This document shows positions 1 through 7,523 of a stretch of DNA of 20,000 nt, piece after piece. The DNA lies in the IMG/VR virus record IMGVR_UViG_3300028388_003769. One strand, given 5' to 3'. Position 1 is the first letter of the stretch. Every line of letters starts with the position of its first letter. Both the position numbers and the translations under genes were made by a program. A model generated the notes under the pieces. That model made no database searches. It worked only from the letters and a program-made list of their open reading frames with translations, and was not told where the DNA came from. Source of the DNA: an uncultured virus (IMG/VR IMGVR_UViG_3300028388_003769) (Duplodnaviria; Heunggongvirae; Uroviricota; Caudoviricetes).

Positions 1-359
1 AACTCAGCTGCAGTTGAAAAGTGTTCACCATTTGCAGTTTTAACTTGTTTCGAGTACTGCTTGTACATGTTTTGTTGCAGTAGTAGTTCAAGATCTAATT
101 GGTCAGCTTGTTTAACAGTCTTGTTGTAACACGTATCTAAAAACTCTTGAATGGTTTCATGCATTGCTGTTCCAAACACGAGATGTATTGTACTCTCAAA
201 GGTTGACTGTTTATCAATATAACTCAGCTTCCACAGATGAGGACACTTTATAAATTTAGAGTACTGAAGGTATGAAACTTTTTTAGGTTTTTCAAAATAG
301 TTTATCCGCTTTCCAGTGTTCTGCTTTATTTTTTTTGTTATACGTTTAGTTAGTTTCAT
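1..359 (-). CDS. PD-(D/E)xK RecB/AddB-like exonuclease, N-terminal part (runs off the window; not in ORF track)
   Basis: Manual translation from ATG at 359: MKLTKRITKK...KVSYLQYSKFIKCPHLWKLSYIDKQ...HLVFGTAMHETIQEF..., open to base 1. The S-Y-x-Q...CP..W...Y and FGTAxHE pattern is typical of PDDEXK_1-type nucleases. Confidence 0.8.
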   Translation of the reverse strand, partial: MKLTKRITKKIKQNTGKRINYFEKPKKVSYLQYSKFIKCPHLWKLSYIDKQSTFESTIHLVFGTAMHETIQEFLDTCYNKTVKQADQLDLELLLQQNMYKQYSKQVKTANGEHFSTAAE

Positions 360-645
360 CTGATAAAAACTCTTGTTTTAAAGGTTCTGGAAGCTCTTCT
401 AATAGGACTTCACCACAAGAGTCGCAGACAAACAGCTGTATAGGAACCAACTGATCAGCAGAAGCGCCTGTTAGTAATTTGCTAATTTTTTTTAACATAA
501 ACGTAGGTCTAAAAAAAGCACCACTACACGACGTACACTTTACTGTAGGTTGGGCTGTTATGTCTATGTTTAGTTGTTGTGAGCTTGGAGGAGGCGTATT
601 GTTATTACTTTGACCTCCTAAGCCTATGATTTTTCCTTTACTCAT
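346..645 (-). CDS. Small Zn-ribbon protein (hypothetical)
   Basis: 99 aa with two CxxC pairs (CTSC, CDSC) and a low-complexity N-terminus. Overlaps the downstream nuclease start. Confidence 0.7.
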   Translation of the reverse strand: MSKGKIIGLGGQSNNNTPPPSSQQLNIDITAQPTVKCTSCSGAFFRPTFMLKKISKLLTGASADQLVPIQLFVCDSCGEVLLEELPEPLKQEFLSDETN

Positions 646-667
646 TGTTGTATGATTTATTAATTAA

Positions 668-2998
668 TTAATGTCCGTCTCTTAAATTAGTTGCTATTTC
701 TGGAGGAGCTTTTAATGTTACTCCTGGCAACTGCGTAGTTGTCTCCATTAAGTGCTGCACAATAGGAGCTGTTTCAGTTAAGTGCTCCTGTAAACACTCT
801 ACTACAAGTTGATCGTGTATTTGTGCTACTACTAATGCATCTAATCCTTGTTGTTTCAATTTACGATTGATCTGTAATGCTGCTCTATTAACTACAGAAG
901 CAGCTAGTGATTGTATTTGAAAATTCAAACAAGAATTTAATGCATTACGGTAATCCCTATAATACTGCATGGTTTGTTTTTTTCCAATAGATTTTTGTAG
1001 TTTAGACCGAAATCTATAATCCATTAACCTATCACCATAAGTGTCGTATGCTGCCTTTCCTCTATCCAGGTGACGTACTCGACCAACTTTATTTACTATC
1101 TTTCCTTTATACTTAAAATAATCTCTCGAACTCTCAATCCAATCTGCAACACCAGGAAAACCCTCAAGATAAGCATCTCTCAACCTCTCTCCTCGCTTTG
1201 GTGAAATACCAAGAGTCATAGCTAATGCATATCCTGACATGCCGTAAGCAATGCCTAGTGAGTAGGGTTTTGCTTTATTTCTTAAAGGAGCATTAATTTT
1301 TTTAAGATAATTATCTGCTTTCTTATCTGCAGAAACTCCTTTTAGTTTTTCAGTTCGAATAGCAACTGTACTGTAAAAGTCATGACCTTTATTGAAGATT
1401 TCTTGTAGGTTTTCATCACCAGTTATGGATGCAAATATATGAGGTTCCAAACTCTCATAATCAGCATCAATAAACTTATAACCATCCCTTGCTATAAAAA
1501 AAGCCCGAATTAAATTATTGTACTCGATAACTAGTGGATCATCTTCCCCTTCCTCTTTAGGTTTTGGTAGTTGCTGTAAGTTACTTCCATATCTTCCAGA
1601 TACTGTTCCGTGTTGTTTGAAGTATGGATAAAATATACCGTTTTCATGCTCTCTTAATAACCTGTCTATATATGTAGATTTAATCTTAACCAGTCTATTA
1701 TGAATTCTTAACTTTCTAGCCCACTCATAGGACTCACTAAGCTTTTCAACAAGATCGTCATCAAACCTAGGACTTCCTTTTTTAGTTTTGGATAGAGGTT
1801 TAATATTCATATACTTAAACGCTACATCTCGTAATTGTGATTTAGATTTTATGTTAATGGTATATCCGTTATTTTTTTCCTTCCACTGTTCTATAGATAC
1901 CATTACTAAATCCAAATCTTTCATTCCATGATCAGAATTAGGATCTAATAAAAACTGTTTCATAGGAGAATCAGGAAGTTTTAACACATTTTTCTTTACT
2001 ATGTGGTAATCTCCACTTTCCTTCTTAGGAATAGGAAGATTATACATCTTTACAAAAAGTTGAGCAAACCTACCCCTATTTGAAGGTGTGCATTCAGATC
2101 CAAATGCAGTATCAACTAGCCAATTTGTAAACGACTCTAACTCTTCTAACGCTTCAACAACCTCATCTTTCAACCGCTTCATATCTTGTATAATCCACTC
2201 ATTAGTGCCTTGTAGTAAGTCCAAATCCACTTTTAAGCCTCTACGTTCCATTGGAACAGTTACTTCCTTATACACAGGCATAACCTCCTCTTCAAAGAAA
2301 AATTTATCCAATCTCTCCTCAGCAATTTTACCAACATATAGTTTAGCAATTCTATAAGTTAAATCTGTATCTGCACATGCATATTCACTAAGTATATCTA
2401 AATCGGCCTTAAAAATCTCAAAATTACTTTTTGTGGTAGATCCACCATTACGCTTTACACTTTCATACAGTTGTACTTGCTCTTCGTTAGCTTGTCTATC
2501 TACATCTAAACCCAACTCTTCTTGACACATTTTAGCAATGGATTTTAATGCAAAAGGCTTTCCATACATAAAAGCACCTTCTTCCTGTACAGTGTGAACT
2601 GCTAAGGTTGTTTCAATCCACAAATCAGGTAACAAATCAATTCCATAATTAGAAAGCACTATTCCTGTATCAAACGAAGCATTGTGCATTACTAGCTTCT
2701 TTCCTTTTAAAAGAGTTAACACTCTAGAAAGAACCGATTCACCAGAAAGCTTTTGATCATTTATGTTAATATAAAAAGGCTGTAATTTTTTAGCATTTGC
2801 ATTATACACGTACGTTGGAATGTAGTATCCTGTTCCCTGTTTGGTAGTAAACGAGGCACCTATAATCTTATCTTTTCTAGGAGACAGTCCTGTAGTTTCT
2901 GTATCAAATGCAACTACTTCACTCTCTACCAACTCCTTTACTAGTCTCCACACTTGTGTTCCATTACAAACTTTTACGTATTGTTTATTGTTCGCCAT
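668..2998 (-). CDS. polA: Family A DNA polymerase with 3'-5' exonuclease domain
   Basis: Exo I DTETTG, Exo II HNASFD, Exo III YACAD; TVSGRYGS..LQQLP; motif A DADYESLEPHIFA; motif B RNKAKPYSLGIAYG; NFQIQS; motif C QIHDQL. Confidence 0.96.
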   Translation of the reverse strand: MANNKQYVKVCNGTQVWRLVKELVESEVVAFDTETTGLSPRKDKIIGASFTTKQGTGYYIPTYVYNANAKKLQPFYININDQKLSGESVLSRVLTLLKGKKLVMHNASFDTGIVLSNYGIDLLPDLWIETTLAVHTVQEEGAFMYGKPFALKSIAKMCQEELGLDVDRQANEEQVQLYESVKRNGGSTTKSNFEIFKADLDILSEYACADTDLTYRIAKLYVGKIAEERLDKFFFEEEVMPVYKEVTVPMERRGLKVDLDLLQGTNEWIIQDMKRLKDEVVEALEELESFTNWLVDTAFGSECTPSNRGRFAQLFVKMYNLPIPKKESGDYHIVKKNVLKLPDSPMKQFLLDPNSDHGMKDLDLVMVSIEQWKEKNNGYTINIKSKSQLRDVAFKYMNIKPLSKTKKGSPRFDDDLVEKLSESYEWARKLRIHNRLVKIKSTYIDRLLREHENGIFYPYFKQHGTVSGRYGSNLQQLPKPKEEGEDDPLVIEYNNLIRAFFIARDGYKFIDADYESLEPHIFASITGDENLQEIFNKGHDFYSTVAIRTEKLKGVSADKKADNYLKKINAPLRNKAKPYSLGIAYGMSGYALAMTLGISPKRGERLRDAYLEGFPGVADWIESSRDYFKYKGKIVNKVGRVRHLDRGKAAYDTYGDRLMDYRFRSKLQKSIGKKQTMQYYRDYRNALNSCLNFQIQSLAASVVNRAALQINRKLKQQGLDALVVAQIHDQLVVECLQEHLTETAPIVQHLMETTTQLPGVTLKAPPEIATNLRDGH

Positions 2999-3398
2999 AT
3001 AAATCTAACTTTAAATCACTTTGAGTTTGTGTTGTAGATTTAGTTAATTGTTCCTCCTTAATGTTGAGTCTGTTGTATATTTCATCTTGTGTAAAAGCAT
3101 ATAGTGTGCTTTGTTTTGGATCAACAACATATACCTTAGGTGTGTGTTTGTTTGTTACTGCATAAGCATTCATTACCAGTGTTAAAGACTTGTGTATAGC
3201 TACACTACTTCTTGCAAGTGCTATATCATTTGTAAGTGTTTCTGAAGTTTTTTTTACAGTCTCATAAAATCCTAAATCACCTACAGTCTTCCAAAACACT
3301 GTTCTTGTAACATCGTTCATCGAATCAATCATATCATCTACCAATACCCACCTATCTCCTGGTGGTACCCTAACTGCTATAAGATGGTCTTTAATCAT
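2985..3398 (-). CDS. Hypothetical phage protein
   Basis: 137-aa ORF (N-terminal RVPPGDRW) overlapping both neighbours in the same orientation. Confidence 0.65.
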   Translation of the reverse strand: MIKDHLIAVRVPPGDRWVLVDDMIDSMNDVTRTVFWKTVGDLGFYETVKKTSETLTNDIALARSSVAIHKSLTLVMNAYAVTNKHTPKVYVVDPKQSTLYAFTQDEIYNRLNIKEEQLTKSTTQTQSDLKLDLYGEQ

Positions 3399-3591
3399 TG
3401 TACTGTAGGTTTTTAGGAACGATTTGTTCGTACGCTTTTTGAATTGATTCGACTACTGAAAGATAGATGTTTTGTTTTCTTAGTTCCACGCTTAGGTCAA
3501 GAACCTGTTGTCTCACTTTTAAGTACTCAGCAGACATGAGAAGCTCTTCAACAACATCACATCCTACTGCATCAGAAGGTCTATTTGTCAT
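3391..3591 (-). CDS. Hypothetical protein
   Basis: 66-aa ORF with an ATGA start/stop overlap with the upstream gene at 3588-3591. Confidence 0.6.
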   Translation of the reverse strand: MTNRPSDAVGCDVVEELLMSAEYLKVRQQVLDLSVELRKQNIYLSVVESIQKAYEQIVPKNLQYND

Positions 3592-4058
3592 AGTTGATCT
3601 TTATGAATTTCTTGTAAATGTAAATATAAAACAGGATTACGAGTTTTACACTGTCTAACGTAGTGAAAGTATAGATCATACACACTTCCATCAAAACTGT
3701 CAAACTCATCCCATAAATCAAATTTAAAATAACTACGAAAGTCCTCTCTTAAAGCTCGTAGCTGTTTGTATTCCTTTTCAAACAACTCTTGCTTTAGTTT
3801 ACGAATTCTAACGTTTTTCATCTTTGTCGCATCTCGTACGTCAGTATAGTAGTGTACGTGTTCCTTTTTAGGAATCCCACTAAGTATGTGGTGCGTTATG
3901 TCCTGTATTTCTTGATACAGTTCATCAATTCTGTCTTGTATGTATTGTGGATAGTCATAATCTCCATGCTGAACCTTCTCTAACAATCCAGCATACTTAG
4001 ATAAAGGTCTGTGCTTCTTGACCCCTTTCATCCACCATCTATATTTGTTATATCCCAT
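3588..4058 (-). CDS. Hypothetical phage protein
   Basis: 156 aa, N-terminal YNKYRWW...HGDYDY, helical. Directly preceded by a promoter-like motif. Confidence 0.7.
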   Translation of the reverse strand: MGYNKYRWWMKGVKKHRPLSKYAGLLEKVQHGDYDYPQYIQDRIDELYQEIQDITHHILSGIPKKEHVHYYTDVRDATKMKNVRIRKLKQELFEKEYKQLRALREDFRSYFKFDLWDEFDSFDGSVYDLYFHYVRQCKTRNPVLYLHLQEIHKDQL

Positions 4059-4062
4059 GTGT

Positions 4063-4093
4063 GAAATATAACTCTTTTTTATAGATTTAGCAA
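4063..4093 (-). promoter_or_regulatory. Putative host-RNAP (early/middle) promoter
   Basis: Minus strand TTGCTA-N17-TATATT(TC) in an intergenic gap. The same architecture occurs at 16343-16370 and 19124-19152. Confidence 0.55.
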
Positions 4094-4096
4094 CTT

Positions 4097-4282
4097 TTAA
4101 CCGTGTAAAATTTGACGATTATTACCTATTTGCTCAACTTTAGACTCATTATTAATAATCGTCTGCCGAGCAAACCTACCCAACTGTTCATCAGTTGGGT
4201 TGTTGTGGTGAATGTACAATCTGATGCTGTCGTATAGATGAGCTTTGCTTTCTAAAAGTTTTATTATTGCTTCGTTTTTCAT
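4097..4282 (-). CDS. Hypothetical protein
   Basis: 61-aa ORF filling the gap downstream of queE, preceded by TATTTATA. Confidence 0.55.
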   Translation of the reverse strand: MKNEAIIKLLESKAHLYDSIRLYIHHNNPTDEQLGRFARQTIINNESKVEQIGNNRQILHG

Positions 4283-4295
4283 ATTACTTTTTTAT

Positions 4296-4303
4296 TATAA
4301 ATA
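4296..4303 (-). promoter_or_regulatory. Putative phage-specific (late-type) promoter motif TATTTATA
   Basis: Minus strand gTATTTATAataaaaaaagtaatATG. A similar motif lies at 11956-11962. Confidence 0.35.
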
Positions 4304-4308
4304 CCTAA

Positions 4309-5148
4309 CTACACTCCTGTAGTTTTATCCCAAGCAGATACGTGCAACCTACTAAGACCCACATACCCGTACTTCTTTGCCATTTCTAATGAAAATTTAG
4401 TTCTTTCGTGAAAGTTCTTTTGAGCATCTAATCCTGGCATTAAGATCACTCTTGTTGCAGGTATGTTAAATGGTTTAATAAAATCTGTTTCAATTTCTTG
4501 TAGATCCTCTTCATTAGAAATAACAAACTTGAACCAATAATTTGAATGTTGCATAATACGCTTTAGTGCTCTAGGTACAATTCTTCGATCTTTTTCCATA
4601 CCACTATTAGCTAGTTTAACCGAGCAATTTATCTGATTGATGTGTTTAAACAAATCGTCTTCAATATATCCAGTTCCATTTGTTTCTATTTCGTTATAAA
4701 ACTTTGGAGGATGCTCAGAACCCTGAAAAGAGTGGTGTTCATTACACCAATCAATAAAGCCGACTATAGCGTTAGCATTTGATCTTATAGTAGGCTCTCC
4801 TCCTGTCCATATTAAATGAACTCTACCTTGCATAATCCAATTAAACAGAAGGGGATGCTGCTCCATCCATGATTCATATAGTTGTTGATAGGTTGTTTTT
4901 CCTCCATTTATCCATACGGGTAGAGTGTCGCAAGTCCAAGTTGCTTTACCTTGTTGATGTAAATCTCCCATAAAATCTCCTGGGTCAAACTCTTCGAGAC
5001 CTTGTTTCATACGTCGTAGCATATCCCTCGAAGCACCACAAGACAAGTTACAATTCATTAACCTGATAAAATATGCAGGGTATCCTGTACTTGCTCCTTC
5101 ACACTGAACACTGTAAAAGTGTTCAGATATGTTTAAAGTATTGCTCAT
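4309..5148 (-). CDS. queE: 7-carboxy-7-deazaguanine synthase (radical SAM)
   Basis: EHFYSVQCEG..TG.PAYFIRL..CNLSC...WTCDT, TGGEP, EIETNGT, SVKL.NSG, FKFVI and C-terminal RLH. Lies in a cluster with folE. Confidence 0.92.
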   Translation of the reverse strand: MSNTLNISEHFYSVQCEGASTGYPAYFIRLMNCNLSCGASRDMLRRMKQGLEEFDPGDFMGDLHQQGKATWTCDTLPVWINGGKTTYQQLYESWMEQHPLLFNWIMQGRVHLIWTGGEPTIRSNANAIVGFIDWCNEHHSFQGSEHPPKFYNEIETNGTGYIEDDLFKHINQINCSVKLANSGMEKDRRIVPRALKRIMQHSNYWFKFVISNEEDLQEIETDFIKPFNIPATRVILMPGLDAQKNFHERTKFSLEMAKKYGYVGLSRLHVSAWDKTTGV

Positions 5149-5309
5149 AATTTATTTATTTTTTCATTTAAAATTAGTTGAAGTTTTTCAATTCTTACTT
5201 CTGTGTAGTCCACATCCATAGAGGACATGCAACACATCCTATTCTCATTTGCTATTTCCTGTAACAGATTTAACATAGAAACCACCTCTTCTTCGGTTAG
5301 TTTAATCAT
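5145..5309 (-). CDS. Small hypothetical protein, 54 aa (below ORF-track cutoff)
   Basis: Manual translation MIKLTEEEVVSMLNLLQEIANENRMCCMSSMDVDYTEVRIEKLQLILNEKINKL*. ATGA overlaps with the PRTase stop (5306-5309) and with the queE start (5145-5148). Confidence 0.7.
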   Translation of the reverse strand: MIKLTEEEVVSMLNLLQEIANENRMCCMSSMDVDYTEVRIEKLQLILNEKINKL

Positions 5310-5794
5310 AATAATCTAGATATTGTGTGTTCTCGTTCAAAAGTGCTACCACTTTCCCAAGGAAATACAATCCAGGAATCTGTATACAGTTCAACTCCTA
5401 TATAAGAACATTTAAAACTACTAGAAACTCTTTGCACTAAACAGGCTGTTTGTATTTGCAAACTAGAGGAAGATGTAATGTCCTTAAAAGTGTTACCTGA
5501 ATCGTTAATATCATCAACAAGCAACACATCCGGTCTTATTGCATGTTCGTTAAATGGAACATATTTCAAGCTAGTAGCATGCGATAGAATGGTTGCTAAA
5601 ATTAAACCTCCCCTAGGGATTCCTGCAACGTATTGTAGATGTTTGTAATCTGGACTACTGGAAACTTTGGCAGCAGTTGTTAGTGCTAAACTGTGTACAA
5701 TGTCCCACGACAAGTGTGTAACTTCTTGTCCTGTGCTAGTTACTTTTGTTGTATTTTTTATCATGATGCTTTCCTTTGCCATAATCTCCGTCAT
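5306..5794 (-). CDS. Type I purine phosphoribosyltransferase (Gpt/XGPRT-like); true start may be the ATG at 5764
   Basis: GIPRGGL loop, PRPP-binding motif VLLVDDINDSGNTF and C-terminal WIVFPWE. Confidence 0.88.
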   Translation of the reverse strand: MTEIMAKESIMIKNTTKVTSTGQEVTHLSWDIVHSLALTTAAKVSSSPDYKHLQYVAGIPRGGLILATILSHATSLKYVPFNEHAIRPDVLLVDDINDSGNTFKDITSSSSLQIQTACLVQRVSSSFKCSYIGVELYTDSWIVFPWESGSTFEREHTISRLL

Positions 5795-6236
5795 ACTTGT
5801 GCAGAGTTTCTGCTTTGAATAATAGAAACTGTCCTATTCGAGTTCCTTTTTGTATAGCTGCAGGACCTCCGTTAACATGAAGCACTCCTGCCATAACTCC
5901 ATGATATCCAGAATCATACAATCCAGACGTTAGAAATAAACCATTACGATTTAAGGTTGATCGAGTAATAATAAATCCTGCTTCACCTTCTCCGACAACA
6001 ACTTCTCCTTTCATTATTACTTCGTAACTACCTGGTTTTAACTTATAATACCCTTCAGCATTTGGTTGGACAATCCTGGATCCTCTGTGTATCTTTTTAG
6101 TTTCGTCCAATACAAAAGGTCTTTTCTCTAAAGCAAAAACTAGATCTAAACGTACGTCAATAGCATTTGGTTGAATATCAGACAGATCATATTGTGTTAG
6201 TTGTGAATTTGAATCTTTTGAGTGTATGTGTATCAT
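5736..6236 (-). CDS. Trimeric dUTPase / dCTP deaminase superfamily protein
   Basis: QPNAIDVRL, LKPGSY, RSTLNRNG, GLYDSGYHG, RIGQF and C-terminal YDGDYG. Confidence 0.85.
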   Translation of the reverse strand: MIHIHSKDSNSQLTQYDLSDIQPNAIDVRLDLVFALEKRPFVLDETKKIHRGSRIVQPNAEGYYKLKPGSYEVIMKGEVVVGEGEAGFIITRSTLNRNGLFLTSGLYDSGYHGVMAGVLHVNGGPAAIQKGTRIGQFLLFKAETLHKYDGDYGKGKHHDKKYNKSN

Positions 6237-6242
6237 GTTGTT

Positions 6243-6647
6243 TTATGTGTTTTGTTTAGACTTTTTAAATACTATATCTCTAGAATCAAAAACTCCACCT
6301 GTCCAATCTGCATTTGATTCTGGCAATTTAATTGTTTGATATTCCTTATTATTAGATTCTAAAAAATCCATTCGATGTTTGTCTTCATAATGCATTAGTA
6401 GTATTATATAATGAATTGCTTTAAGTAGGTCTTTTCTGTTTTTTCCTTGCTTTTTACCATATCGCATTAGGTATTTAATAGCGGTCCCTCGACACATAGC
6501 CTGCGATACGTTCATACTATCCCACACGTCCAACACTTGAATTCCTTTTTTATTCTGATTATAGTGTTGATCGTAGGTGTTCTTAATATACTCCAACGCT
6601 TCAGTAAGGTGTTTATCTTCGTTGTATTTAAAATTATTATTTTCCAT
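6243..6647 (-). CDS. DUF3310 family protein (T7 gp1.7-related, possible nucleotide kinase)
   Basis: YDQHY...IQVLD...CRGTAIKYLMRYGKKQGKNRKDLLKAIHY matches the DUF3310 pattern (HY...G.AIKY..R.GKK...DL.KA..Y). Confidence 0.8.
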   Translation of the reverse strand: MENNNFKYNEDKHLTEALEYIKNTYDQHYNQNKKGIQVLDVWDSMNVSQAMCRGTAIKYLMRYGKKQGKNRKDLLKAIHYIILLMHYEDKHRMDFLESNNKEYQTIKLPESNADWTGGVFDSRDIVFKKSKQNT

Positions 6648-7506
6648 ATTTCTGTACTAGATTATCTATATGTTTAATATTATTATAAACTACGCTATCG
6701 TTTAGTGTTCTACTATCATGATCCCATTCAAAGTCTACTTCAACTTCATACTTTCCATGAACTAAACCAGTCGGAGAGTTATCAAACTCAATACCGTTAC
6801 ATCCACACCATATGGCAGCTGAACTGTCCCACGAAGAGAAGTAATGAAGCCAACGTGATAGTAGTTGGATCTCGTTAGGTCCGTCCGTCATTCCAAGCAA
6901 ATGCAACTTAGGTCTATGTTTTGGCAAAAGATCTAACCAGGCTTCAAAGAAACCCCTGTCTTCTAATATACTTAAAAATTTCCACCTTGACAACATTCTT
7001 TGTAATTTATTTCCCTTTTCAACACCAAATGCATTAGGAATAGCTAGTATAGAAAATCCAATATAATCTATTAAGTGGTAATGTGCTAATCCCCAAAAAA
7101 AACATTCAATAAGATCTTCTATATCTCTAATTTTTGATTGCGGTATAAAAAAAGTACCAAATCCAGCTTGATGAATATCAAAAGCAACGTCTGCTGCTGC
7201 TTGTTTTGTGCGATCAGATGGTTCATTGGGATAATCAGACATTGCTATGTAGTCTGCTTGTATACGATGACCCATTTCAATTAACTTTTCTGTAGGGTAC
7301 ATGTCTTTACCTTGCTTGTACATCTCGAAAGCTGAGTTGTCCATGATGTTTATCATGTTGTTGTTTGCACGTTTTTCTTTAACATACCATCGCACATACT
7401 CAGGACTGCTTTCTACTAAATGAGCTAATGTTAGGTGAATCGGTCTGTTTTTTACAAACTGTAAGTACTTTACTGGTGCTATGTGACAAAATGATTTACT
7501 TTCCAT
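6637..7506 (-). CDS. dpdA: Divergent TGT-fold 7-deazaguanine transglycosylase (DpdA family, probably DpdA3-like)
   Basis: TGT/DpdA barrel motifs in the expected order: IMDNSAFE (cf. DSGxF), SDYP, IPQ, YIGFS, HLLG, SWDSS. Adjacent to folE and the dpdL-like gene. Confidence 0.72.
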   Translation of the reverse strand: MESKSFCHIAPVKYLQFVKNRPIHLTLAHLVESSPEYVRWYVKEKRANNNMINIMDNSAFEMYKQGKDMYPTEKLIEMGHRIQADYIAMSDYPNEPSDRTKQAAADVAFDIHQAGFGTFFIPQSKIRDIEDLIECFFWGLAHYHLIDYIGFSILAIPNAFGVEKGNKLQRMLSRWKFLSILEDRGFFEAWLDLLPKHRPKLHLLGMTDGPNEIQLLSRWLHYFSSWDSSAAIWCGCNGIEFDNSPTGLVHGKYEVEVDFEWDHDSRTLNDSVVYNNIKHIDNLVQKYGK

Positions 7507-7523
7507 AATATATTATTTATTTC

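Noticed and set aside
1..359. CRISPR-associated Cas4 or a CRISPR array
   Set aside because: No repeat-spacer array or other cas genes were seen. Solo RecB-like nucleases are common in phage replication regions.
4296..4303. T4 late promoter TATAAATA on the plus strand
   Set aside because: It would point antisense into queE with no plus-strand gene. The minus-strand reading just upstream of an ATG is more plausible.
6637..7506. Host-type tRNA-guanine transglycosylase / queuosine auxiliary pathway
   Set aside because: It is too short and divergent, has no Zn-binding motif, and no queC, queF or queA is in the window. DNA modification is more parsimonious, though untested.
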